Below, in pieces: positions 1-12,520 of a stretch of DNA of 64,000 nt. Made by a program: the position numbers and the translations under genes. The notes beneath the pieces were generated by a model. The model saw only the letters and a list, made by a program, of their open reading frames with translations. It had not been told where the DNA came from and did not search any database. Source of the stretch: Bigelowiella natans CCMP2755 (taxonomy: Eukaryota > Protista > Cercozoa). Each line of letters starts with the position of its first letter. The stretch's first letter is position 1. The stretch covers positions 62,001 to 126,000 of the forward strand of contig ADNK01001725.1 in NCBI GenBank assembly GCA_000320545.1. The letters run 5' to 3'.

Positions 1-338
1 ATCAGGGTCTCAGAGTCCTGCAAGTGGCTTGGCATTGATGACAATTTTCGTAAATGACCTGCACTGATGTCACAAATTGTCGCATTGATGAGCACCTACC
101 ACACAAAGTTGCCACAGTGCACGTGCTGACTGCACACTGATTGAGTGCACGATATTGATGGACCAGGTGATGATCGGCGCCTTGGCCATCATTGAGCATT
201 GGGAGCAAACATTTTGAAATGTGCACGTGCACAGGACACCTTGCCGGGATTGCGCATGCAACGTGCAATGTGCCACTGCCGTGCGTCTGGCAACAGGCAT
301 GCGCCAAGCAGCCCATGATGCGCGCTGCCAATGCATCA

Positions 339-531
339 CATAGGGACATATATGTCCATATACGTGTACGCGTGAGAAACACATGTACCCATGCACACCA
401 CATGTACTAAATGTACACGTGAGCCCCATCATTTGGCACATGTGTGGCCATGTCTATGCATGGGTACATGTGAAGTACGCGATGTACTGATGTCGTAGAC
501 GGCTACACGCATAGGGACACATGTGTCCACA
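339..531. repeat. Small element: 22-nt imperfect direct repeats enclosing a perfect 16-bp inverted repeat
   Basis: Direct repeats at 339-360 and 510-531. Inverted repeat cacatgtacccatgca (380-395) / tgcatgggtacatgtg (457-472). Confidence 0.9.
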
Positions 532-1200
532 TCATCATTGGAGATCGAAGTGTGAAATTGAATGATGACGTGGCGCACACAAGCACACATCACCCCCGCC
601 ACACACGTGGAGGAGGAGAGAACCAGTGTCCACTGCAAACCGAGTGTTTTGGATTTTTTTGCGATGCTGAAGATGTGTGAATGTTTTCATCGATGAAAAA
701 CACATTTTGAAGGCAATGCGAAGTGCACATCGATTGCTTGCCCGTGAGACGTGAGTGGACAGTGGGTGCTTGATCGCGATTTTGGCAAGAATTGAGTCGC
801 AATTTTCAGCACACTTTGTGGCTTTGCACTGGCCATCGCATGCGACTGTCATCATCAAAACTTGTTCGCTCGTGCACGAATTGTTGGCAAAACAAACAAA
901 CACTTGCATCAAAACCATGCACAATTGAAATTGAAATTTTTTCACTTTTGCTGGATGAAAACAACAACATGAATTCTCCACTTTGGAGCAAATCAGACAA
1001 CTGTGAATGGGAAAGGGAATCAAGAGAATCTGAGAAAGAATGTGAGGGAGAAAGCATCACATCAATCTTGAAGAAACAGCATGCATTGAGAGCCATTGAA
1101 ATCCGTTGCAGAACTGAGTGCAAAAAAAGAAATTGGAAAGCATGATTGGAAAAGACCGCCATGAAAAATCGAGTCGGTCCAAGCCAATTCAACATGCAAT
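514..1200. other. TpA-free tract (687 bp)
   Basis: Read line by line, there is no TA dinucleotide between TA at 512-513 and TA at 1201-1202, despite AT-rich composition. Confidence 0.95.
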
Positions 1201-1343
1201 TATTAGTTCTGGAACCGCCTCTATTTTGTACTTACGACATCGAAAATCAGTGCTTTTTTCCCTTCAAATTTGAATTTTCAAATCCTACACGAGTCCTCCC
1301 CCATCGTCTTCTTCTACTTCCTTTCCTAAATCAATGTTTGAAG

Positions 1344-2175
1344 ATGCTGGCGATTCTCTTGATTTTTCTAGCCTATGTACCAGCTTTAACAGAAACTACT
1401 GCTAGACAAAAGTCATACTCTTCAGCTTTGGAAGCATCTCAAAGTGAAGGTTGAATAACAACAAATTGCTATCGTCATCGTCCACAGCCCCCCTTTATTA
1501 ACAATTTATTCAGAGTGGCAAAAGATAGAAGGACAGTTAGATCGTCTGGGAAGTGAATTCGATGAAGACTCGTTGCATTCCAATAGTACATCAATTGAAG
1601 GACAGGCGTCATCCAATATGTGCAACTTCCATGTTGCTGATGGGAGGATACATGTGATTTCCCTTACTTCCCGACAAGATAGGTGCTTTTTCCTAACGTT
1701 ATGCATGTGGAATGAGAATAATAAGATGTGTAAGCTAGAAAATTGTACTCCTCACACAACCGATGATGAAAATAAGAACGATGATGACGACGATCAAAAA
1801 GGAGTGAAGATAAGCCAAGAATAACTAAAACTACACTGGTTGCATTCTAATGAAGATGTTTTTTGCTGAATATTAGGAGGAAGATCATATCCAATTCTAT
1901 GGATGAGCAGGGTAATATTGAAATGGTAGAAAGCAAGATGCCTCATCACCCATGCTCCCACCCACCTACTTTCCTATTCTCCTCCTCCTCCTCCTCATGC
2001 CACTATTTCACAGGTCTCAATTATTCGATGCATGACGCTGTGGATGGACGAAAAATCAAGCCTCTGGAAAGCTTTAGATTCAGGTAAGGAGGAGATGTGT
2101 TGCGGGAAATGTGTATGCGTGGATGGGGGAAGGATTATTGTGGAAATGATGATAACAATGGTAGCCTGAGAGAGG

Positions 2176-2221
<46 letters not shown>

Positions 2222-3163
2222 GGAAGGAAGTATTAATCCAACGTTAAATAGAATAGAATCATAATTATCGTCATCTTCATTCATCACCTTCATTTCTCTA
2301 CCGTCGTACTTCCTTCCACCATTAAAAATAGACATACGAAGCACTATCATCACAAGCTAAGCAGCGGCATGAAAGGATGTACGTAACCCAAATTCTGTCC
2401 CCGCCTCCCCCCCCTCCCCTATCTCTCTTCACACATACGATTTTTATGAAAATATGTACGTATGCGTGTGTGTGTGTGTGTGTGTGGAAATTATGGTGTG
2501 CGTGGTTTACAAGATAAGCACGATTTGTTAGGTATTTTAAGTCATGAGTCCCTATGGGCAAAGCTACTCAAAGCTTCTAACGAGGAGATAGCAGCAGACC
2601 ATGCAACTTATAGCGATGACAGTAGAAGTGAAATTGAGGACGAAAAGCATTACAACGCAGAGAGCGGGCTGAAACGAGATGAGAAATCAGCTGAGGATGA
2701 CCGCACTTCGTTGGAAAGACTGAGTAGGAAGAAAAGGCAACAAACGTTTCACATCATATTGGAGGATGATGCTGACATACCTTCAAACTTCCTCCGGGTA
2801 GAGACAGCTATAGGAATTCGTTGTTCCAAATGATATTCTTTTGCTCAGATAACAATAATAGTAATGATAATGACTTCATCACTACCAAAGCTGCTTGTCC
2901 ATATTTCACCAGCACTACTTCTGCAATGGAATAAACTACTATTTGCCTTATTTCCTCTTAGAAAGTAGATAATATCCTAGAGATGGTACCCTGTGACGCT
3001 CAGGTTAGTACTACTAGTAGTGTACTAGCAGCGGTTAGTAGTACTACTGGTACTAAAGTAGTAGTAGTAGGAGGAGGAGGAGTAATTGAAACGTATGTGA
3101 AAATTGCTACTCCCTCCCTTTGTTGTCCTCTTTTTATTTTTCCTGTAGTACAACTTGTGTGTT

Positions 3164-3222
<59 letters not shown>

Positions 3223-4643
3223 GCTCGTTTTTATCCACGAATGTTATTTTGTCATTATTAGTATTGTTACTATTGTTATTATTGTTATTGTTATTATTAT
3301 TCTTTTCATACTGCAGCTGGTCTATATCGGATCGTGCTACAGAAAAAATCTAACGAAAGTGGCCGGAAAAGGGGAAGTACATGGTGAGTTGCTAATGCGA
3401 TGATGTTGATGCTGATGCTGCAATTGGGGAGGACAGACGATATCAGCGTGCTAGGACAAATATATACTTCCTCACAGAGCATATTATTCCCAAAGCTATA
3501 GCTACATAGAGAGAGAAGGCCACATTAATGCTACCTTTCACCCCTTTTCTTGACCAATCGGCGATGAAGATTCATTCACGGGTGTGAGGTATTCATCGTT
3601 GTTTCTGTGAAATTTGCTGCTGCTGCGGCTGCTAGGGATATCTTCCGAGCAAAAGAAACCCTTCATCAAAGGGAAAGATACCCATGAAACTGCTGCCTCC
3701 TCTCATGAGGAATATGGTAGTAGCATGATGGAAGTGCGGGCCACAAGAATGGAGTCTCACTATGGAATATACACGGCGAAGTATTCGATGATTGTTACCT
3801 TATAATGCGTCATGTGCAATATCCATTAATTGGTCATATGTTGATCTAGCAGTTTCGTCATTGCCGTGTTTGCCTTCATAACGATACGGACTATTAGTTA
3901 TGATGATAATTATGATAATTGTGATTAGTCATAATGGTGATGATGATGATGATGGCAATGATGATGCTGAATTCACGTCAATATCGGTCGAAGTGCTCTC
4001 CCCCTCTTATCGCTTATATTGAGAAACATTTACCGATCAGGCGAGTGCTATGCACACACGCGTACATGCTTACTATGGAGGCTGCTGAGAAGTTGTTAGA
4101 GGTAATATTGATATAAAACCGCTACTCTATGAATGACCTCTCAGTAATGAATGATGTTGGTGTAGCATTGCTTTACATACAACTTCTCAATACATTGAAT
4201 AATAGGCTACCCAAGTGCCATTCGAGTCGCTGGATCAAGTTCGTTAACGCAAATAATAACAACACCATAAGATATACTATACGATACGACGACGCCAATG
4301 ACGATGGTGATTATGACATCACCGACTTTTGTTTTCTAATATGTACGTATTATTTATTTAGATGATGAATAAGGTGCAGAGGAGAAAGCTGGTGACTTCT
4401 TATGTGGTAAGTATCACATCGACATCATTAAAATAGTGTAGTAGTAGCACAAATTTAGACCGTCAAAGAAAGAAAGTGAAAGTAGTGATGATCATGATAT
4501 ACAACCGCTACTACGATGTGTAAGAGTAGACGCCTCTCCCGATTACGTTTTTATTTTAGCAATGAGGAATTTTTCTATTTTTTAAAACTTTGCGTGATTA
4601 GTTGTTTCCTGATCTGGTTGGGCAGTATGAGAGTCCGAGGTAG
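1344..4643 (+). CDS. Glycosyltransferase family 25-like protein with signal peptide (multi-exon)
   Basis: ATG 1344 begins the hydrophobic leader MLAILLIFLAYVPAL. Spliced GT-AG exons give GT25 motifs: IHVISLTSRQDR, GLNYSMHDAVDGRKI, GC/ILSHESLWAKL, HIILEDDA, LVYIGSC, CTHAYMLTMEAAEKLLE and last exon LFPDLVGQYESPR* (TAG 4641-4643). Internal exon boundaries are approximate. Confidence 0.8.
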
Positions 4644-5054
4644 TTCTGTTCCAAATATAAAAGCTGTGTGCATGTGTCTGTGTATGCGTGCGTGCGTGCG
4701 TGTATTGGGTACATCTGCCTGATGTTTCACTGGTTGCTGCTTCTTTTGTCCTTCCAAGCTCCCTAATTTTGGTGAGAGTTGAGAATAACTAAGAGATTTG
4801 TGTTATGCAACAACATAGTTGAATCTAAGTTTCTGCTTACTTTTGCACTGTTCGTCTTTATCAGCGACATATACAATCCAACAACCCCCGGTAAATCACT
4901 GGATTATTCGTTCATCAAGCAGCAATAGGAGTCATAGGAGATGATGAAATTTAGCAGGATGTAGATTTAGATTGCCTCTCATCAGAGAAATCGTGTTAAA
5001 AACCATAGGCAAAGGTTCCAATTACTGTCGTGCAAAAAATTAATGTATAAATGT

Positions 5055-5405
5055 ATGAGATCTCGACGTTCTGCACTACTACTAGCTAGACTGTTGCAGC
5101 TCATCGCATCGATCGAACGGTGCATGGCGTGTGCTACATGCACCTAGATGCGCAGCTGAATGCATCCGCATAGCTACATCGTGTATGCATCTACACCATG
5201 CTAGCATGTACGAGTACAGCTCATCACTAGATCATGCGACATGCTAGAGTTGCGTACATATCATCGCTAGATCGCAATAGCGTCAACATCTCATCAATGC
5301 GTTGCGGAAGAAGTAGCAGATAGCCTTGATCATGCACAAGTTGCTCTAGTTTCATGCATCCAGCTGCCAGTCGACATAAGTAGGTATCGAAGTGGTGGAC
5401 ATGCT
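5055..5405. other. Palindrome-rich, purine-pyrimidine-alternating intergenic island
   Basis: Dense CTAG/CATG/TGCA/TCGA with few homo-dinucleotides; CATGCTAGCATG at 5197-5208. Lies between convergent genes. Confidence 0.8.
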
Positions 5406-5809
5406 GCTTTGTAATTGTTGATACCGCAAGTAATTTATCATTATTACTAACTTCAGAAAGGAACATTTGCATCATCATCATCATCTCGCAAAAGGCTTAC
5501 TACTTACTATCCTAGCAAGGAATGGAAAGTAGGTGATCAGTCGTTAGTATATTCCTCAATAGTAATAATCATCCTGTTACTCAGGATATCGCACACTGCT
5601 GTCTGAGAGTTTTAGGCACGTCGTCCTATTGTTAAAAGGACAATATTGGACTCGTATAACTTTTCTACTGTCTTCTAAACTACTCCTCTAAAATTCCTCC
5701 ACCATAGTCAACATAGACCTACGTAGAAGATGATTAGTAATGATCTCGATCCCAGTGTGACCCTCCTCCTCTTCCACCACCTCTTCCTCCTCCTCCTCTG
5801 CGTGCTCAT

Positions 5810-7723
5810 TCACAATTGAGATATAAAGGGACTGCTATCTATTACTTACTTACTTACCCCCTGGGAAGGATTTTTGGCGAATGACGAAGGTGCTAAAGGG
5901 TTCGCCATTCCTCCTCCCCCGCCTCCTCCTCCGTATTGATTCCCAGGAGGGGGAACAGGAGAAACTATGTTAGGTAAATGATAATAATCAACAGATGATG
6001 ATGATGATGATGGCACCAATCATGCTAAGAATACGTAATAATTGAAATGAATGAGAAGGTAACAGCTTACCTAGTCCTAACCCACCGACGGCACCGCCGC
6101 AAGATTCATCACGGTGTTGTTGTTGCGAGTGGCTATCTCTTCGATGTCTTTGCTGTGGTGGATAGGTGGGTGGGTGGTGTGCACCATAATGTTTAAACAA
6201 ACCATTCACAAGATATGTCAAAGATTCAAGACAAATGTTTTCGTAAAGCATTGTCGGGGAAATCATAAATAAATAACAGCGCCTACAAACCTTCTCGTTG
6301 GCAAAGCGACAATACACTCTGCGCTGCTCAATCATACTTTGCGTAAGCTGTGAGATCGCGAGTTGGGCCTGAAAGTGATAATTTTAGATTATATATAGTA
6401 ACGACAGCAGTAGCAGCAGCAGCAGCAAAGCCTCGAAAGTTGTAAATTATGGAAGAATAGATACCTAATTAGTAATTATTTTAAGTCTCATGAGAGTTAG
6501 CAAGGGCTATTATGAGGAGGAGAAGTAAGCACCTGCTCATGTGTTGCCATGCGAACCAATGCCGTGCCAAGAGGCTTTTCAGTCAGTCGATTCATGATCA
6601 CCTGTGTGTATTTAAGGAGTACCGACGAAGGGTTTATTAGTTAATAGGCAAATTTATCATCATACATTTATGGTTATTACCTTTGTGGAGACCACATTCC
6701 CATACCTATTGTGTTTATGGTTATGAAAACAATGTTACTACTACTTCGACGACCATGTGCAAGAAGTGGGTGCTGATTATTATTCATAGTAGTAATAGTA
6801 GTAGTAATAGTAGTAGTAGTAGTTTTCACTTTAGCACCGTTTGAATATATCGCTCAACTTCTCTTCCGTAATTGTATCCGGCAAGTTACCGATGTACACG
6901 TTTGTCTGAATAGTAGCAGTATTAGATATCCAGACACAGCGATTCGGTCAATCAAAATGAACGATAATCAACCATCTCAACAAGTTAGGTCGGCCGATGT
7001 GTATATCTGCCTTGTTGTCTACGTTGCTGATACTACATGAGGGAGGATGTACAGTACCCTGCTCTGTGTGGGTAGGGGGCCACCGCCTCCTTTTGCGTTT
7101 CTAATCCCTCCTCCTCCACCGCTTCCCAATGGATATTTAGCAGGTGCAGGAGCGTGACTTGGGGGATAGTACTGAGAGTCGAAGCTTAATCCTAATAACA
7201 TGAATGAGCTATTATCTTCAACATCATGATCATCATCTCATGGATGAGCTATTATCATACAATCAATATCATGATCATCATCTCCCAGACCTTCTTACGT
7301 GTAGAAGATATATGACCATAAATTCACACAACACGCAATATTCATAGTTCTGTGGAGAGAGGTGAAGCAAAGCAGATGATGAGGCGGAGCAACCGTGCAT
7401 ATGGTGAGCTAAGGTATCTGCTGTCTGAGCAGGTCCTGCCGGACCGGATACGGCTGCGTTCTGCGCTGAGGCTTGAAACGATATATAGTCGAGTACCGAA
7501 CATAAAAGGGGAGGGAGGGGAGACAAGTTTTAATTTTAGGTGAACGTAAACTTAAGTTATTGAAGGACTGGGGATTCATATCCGCGTCGGATATGATGCA
7601 CAGGTGTTAGAAGTCATATTGTCAACATGTTACATACCATGTAAATATCTTTGCGAATTTCCATACGGAGCAGGTGGGATAGGTCTTCCCATGTACATAT
7701 GATGGGATCCTTTCAAGTGAAAG

Positions 7724-7767
<44 letters not shown>

Positions 7768-9691
7768 AAATGATCAGTGTAATATTTGCAATGATCTATG
7801 GGATATTATTTGAGTCAATGATAATAATTATTGCAATACCTATATATGGAATCATCTCAGCTTGTGCTGGGGCAGCAGAAGTAGGGAACTGGTTTTTGCG
7901 TGGATTTCCTGACAAATACACGATTATCTCCCCTCCACCAATTACAATTACAAATAATGATTTCTACGAACATACCCGAGACTACAGGAGAGTTCCGAGA
8001 AAAGCTAGATCTCGGAGGATGGGCAAATTTTACTACCAACTGATAATATGAAGTGAATTCACAGTTGTGAGTCCTCTGCTATTCCCCTTTCATATTGATT
8101 CTACAGTACTACTACCGCCACCACCACCAGCTGCAGCAGCTTCAATATTTCTACCTTTCGATCGTACAATTGCCGGCCGTTCAGGAGTTCTATTGCCTAT
8201 TTAACCATAAAAATGGTTCAATTAGAACTCCCGCTTTAAAATCGATGATTTTGATGATAATACTCATGATGTTACCACCTTTCTGGCGCTGGGGATATCT
8301 TGAAATTGAACAAATGCGTAGGTATGAGGCTTCTGCGAGGGAGGCCCAAGTCGGATGGACTCGATCTTGAGAGGACAATACAGATGGTGTTTGTACTTAG
8401 ATAGATACGAAGAAACATACAGTTACCTCTCCACAAGCAAACGCAAGAAGGTAGAGCTCTCCATACTGCCAATCACGTGGAATACCCCAACAGTATATGT
8501 TCCTGGAAGCCTAGATAAGTGGCCTCGACATTAGTGGGAGAAAGGAGAAAGGGACTCGGGTTTCTGTTATTATCAAAAGTTTAGGAACCTGAGCGACTTC
8601 TCTCCCTCGAGATATTTTTGAGTCTACTGCAGAACTTTCTCCGATAGATTCTCCGTAGTTTATGGAATTGTTTTTTGATTCTTCATTCGCCTCCTCTTCA
8701 GCTTGTGCCTTCGTTTCATTTGTTTCATTCGGACTCTACAGAAAATGTATACACACTCATACAAACACACACGCATATATTTATACGTGTGTGTCTCTCT
8801 CTGTGTGTGTGTGTGTGTGTACATACGATGTAATTTAGTGGAATTTATTCTAACATTTTCTAGAAGAGCAATTTTTGGATACAACCTGACTAGGTTGTGA
8901 TTCTACTTGATTAGAATTAGATTGGGACTCTGATTCTGATGCATCATCGAGCTGCTGAGGTTGGATAGCTCAAGTAAGCTCGCATGCTAATAGAGGCTGA
9001 ATAAAGAGTTAGGTAAAAATTTCGCACAATATTCGATTGACTTACTTGGTCAAGAACATGTAACGCTTCTGAAGCCTTTTGAGCCAATGACTTAACAGTG
9101 CATGACAAGAAGTGAACAGAAGGTAGCATTCAAAATTTTCCATTCAAAAGAAAAAGTGATATAGAACCTCAGGATTCGCCATTAAAGATATAACGAGAGG
9201 TGTTTCCATCGAGAGAAGCATTCCTGTAACCTTTTGATACAAGTATAATGTCTTTAGTCAGAAATTTATTTAAATGTATCTCTCTCATTACTCACATCAC
9301 CTTTTCGGCTTCCCTTGCCTGAATCGCTTCAACCATTGGATATAAACTAATATAAAAGGATGTATAAACTACTAATAACAGGATATGAAAATGTTTTTGA
9401 ATGAAAATTCAAATGGCCGTGCCTACCGTTCACCAAGAAAGGAGCGCTGTTCCTCGGTTGTCATTTTAGCAACTTTCGCAAGAAGTTTCTCGGACATTGC
9501 AACTAACAAGTGCCATGTAAAAATAATATAATGTCATTCAAGTTCACAATGTCTATGGTGGCCTCATCATCCAAATATTTTTGTTTTTAACCTGAAGTTC
9601 CTGTTTCCAACCTCGCTTCACCGTTGCTACCATCCATTTCTCCGCGGGGAAGATTTTCTTTAGTTTCGGATGGTGTAGATGATTCAGTCAT
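5810..9691 (-). CDS. RNA-binding protein: N-terminal MLLE/PABC domain plus two RRM domains (multi-exon)
   Basis: ATG at 9691 has an in-frame stop upstream. Exons ~9500-9047 give TEEQRSFLGERLYPMVEAIQAREAEKVTGMLLSMETPLVISLMANPESLAQKASEALHVL (MLLE). RRM1 is RNIYCWGIP...HTYAFVQF...AIELLNGRQLYDRKLVVKFA (~8510-8020). RRM2 is TNVYIGNLP...LGTALVRM...RRVYCRFA (~6905-6290). A Gly/Pro tail follows; probable stop 5810-5812. Confidence 0.8.
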
Positions 9692-11014
9692 TATTTACAG
9701 GAAAATTCCGGATTTATCTTGCTTCTGAGTGGAAAGATACGAAGCGAGTATTTAGAATTCGTTCTAGATTTTCATTCGTGGAACTACAAGTGTCTAACGT
9801 GTAGAGGGTATGAAAACTTCGGAAGAAAGAGTTTTACCGGAGCGATGACTACTAGCAACGAGATTGCTGTTGCAAGCTTTTGGTGATGCGATTGGAGAGG
9901 CGCAAATTCGAAGGGGGAAGAAAGAGAGAAAGCGAGAGAGCGAGAGAGAGAAAGTGCAGTAAGAAAGAAAGAGCGAGAGAGGAAGGTTGAAAGGGAACAC
10001 AGACACGGCGACCACCTCTAAATGATAAGCCTCTACTCCTACGTGCACTAAACATGTTAGTATTTCCTAAGTGACAACAAAGATAGCGAAAGATTCACAA
10101 CAAGAGGACAAAAGAGAGACGATCTCACAAAAATTAGGCATTTTGTCCAGGGAAGAAAATAACTATTACGACATGGAAAAAAGTAGCAAAACAGAAGTAA
10201 AGAGAGATGTTCCCAACACAAAGAGACCCGCACTTTTTCTGAAGCATCATCCAAAAAAATTGCCTGTTAGCTCATAGAAAACTCACGGCCTCAAGTGAGT
10301 TTGAAGAGAGATTGCCTTGGCCTAACTAACTTGAAGTGAAGGACGATAATACCCCGAATACTCCAAAAAAGACACCTTTTCCCTGTCTTTCTAGGTATGG
10401 GGCTTGTTCTAATGCAAATGACCTGGATTTTGCATGTACCTCGGAGGAAATATGACACCACGTCTCCCTTTCCATGGACAAGGTCTAAGATTTAGCATCA
10501 GCATATCAAAAGAAGATATCCTGCGCAAACAGGGGAATTTAACGCAATGATGAAGGTGAAATAATGGATGAGCTCTTTGAGCGTCTCGATGCTGGTTCTT
10601 GGGTTTTCACTGTTACGACAGCCAAATTATTGACATCTATGTCAAAGCCATATGAATTCCGACTTTCGGCATTTCACTTTAATACTAGCACTCCACGGGT
10701 ACCACTCGAAAAGTTTAGGTTCTCGTACATACGGTACATGAACTCTTTTTTTGGGTAAAATCTATACTAAATTTAATGTACCGTGAAGATTTTATTTTCT
10801 TGTTGTTGTTTGAAATCGCCCAAGAATGGTGTACTGCGACAATGCTGAGATTGTTGTGGTTTTGTTCTTCTCTTTTAGCCAAAGCAGCAGAGAACAGAAT
10901 CATCCTGCTAACAAGCCAAGCCGAAGGACGGCACCATCGTGTCTGCCCTCATCCGGTTATCGTCAACTTCATTATCCCCAATCAGGCATTCTGTAAATCC
11001 CACTATCATCGGTC

Positions 11015-11978
11015 ATGTTGACCTTTATGATACCAGCTGCTGCTGTCGCCATCGTTCATGGGTCTTCCGTGTTCCACACAAACGGCCCGCTTACCAGAGC
11101 TTCGGCAGCACACGCTGGTGCACCGAATAAAAAAGGGATAATAACTACAGCAATGCAGCAGCCTGGCTCTAACCATATCTCCTCTTCTAACCGTCGAAGT
11201 CATCAATTAGCTCATCATCACCAACTACACAAGTACCACCACCACCACCACCACCACCACCACCACCCCTATTCTCAATTTGCTTCAAGCTACTACACCG
11301 GCGTAAATAGTCCTTCAATAAACCCATCATTTTCCGGCGGATCGATAGTTAAAAGGTGGTCTAGCACAAAGAATAATAACAAGGCACTGGTAGTAAAAGC
11401 TACTACGTCGGATCCCGTAGAACAGGATAGCGATAAATCCAGAGAACTAGCGCCTAGAAATTCCACCGAAAATGATGATAAGAACAACAATAAACCGTCC
11501 AAAAATGAGAGAGGACTCAGTAGAATGGCAAAGGTTTTACTCGCAAGACTAAGATTCGTCTTGTCATTTGTAAGAATAATCGGGCAGGTAGTTGCGATTA
11601 CATAGGAAAGGGAGAGTCTCCATTTCTTTCAACATTTTATTGCGCTTCGTAAATCCAACAAAGTCTCTATTTCTTTCAACATTTTATTCCGCTTCGTAAA
11701 TCCAACAAAGTCTCTATTTCTTTCAACATTTTATTCCGCTTCACAAATCCAACAAATTAGGCCATACAGAAATCAACTACTCTACGACGTATCGTATCCT
11801 CTCTTGGATTCTTTGTAATAGTTCATCCTTTAGTAGAGAAATAGCTAAATATTTGTACATCCTCTTCTCTTCATTCGTAAATGATGGTACTCAATCTCTC
11901 ATGTACCCTCTCTTTATTATGATGATCTGGATCAACTTTTTATCACACTCACTCACACACACACACACACACACACAC

Positions 11979-12022
<44 letters not shown>

Positions 12023-12142
12023 TCATTTTGCAGGAAGCAGTGGATAATAACATGAATTATAAATAGGTGATAATATGGGGAATTCTATTGGGAAAAGTGC
12101 TGAGTCCCGCTGCCAACATCATTACAGAGGTACTACTACTGC

Positions 12143-12178
<36 letters not shown>

Positions 12179-12475
12179 ATGAAGACGAAGAAGAGGAAGA
12201 GGAAGAAGAAGCAATAGCAGTGGCAGTAGCAAGCAGTAGCAGCCAATGCGAAGAACGTTCAAACTAATTATATAAATATGCTTTCCCTCCTCCTCCTCCT
12301 CCTTCTCCAACCAACCAATCTGATATCATTAATCATCATCACCCCCCCCACCCCCTCACCCACCAAAAAGGTTCCATACTCCAAGTTTCTGGAACTAGTT
12401 GATTATGCAGGATCACGTGCTAGTGTTAGAGCGGGGGTAAGCGTGTTATGTCTATATAGATGAGAGAGAGAGACA

Positions 12476-12520
<45 letters not shown>

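Noticed and set aside
2-1195. Many overlapping 70-160-aa ORFs on both strands
   Set aside because: TpA absence removes TAA/TAG stops and inflates ORF length. The products are Cys/His-rich with no recognisable domain, though a decayed element cannot be excluded.
9794-10900. Possible extra small gene between the MLLE-RRM and FtsH-like genes
   Set aside because: Some splice-like signals are present, but I found no consistent frame or domain; it may be UTR or promoter.
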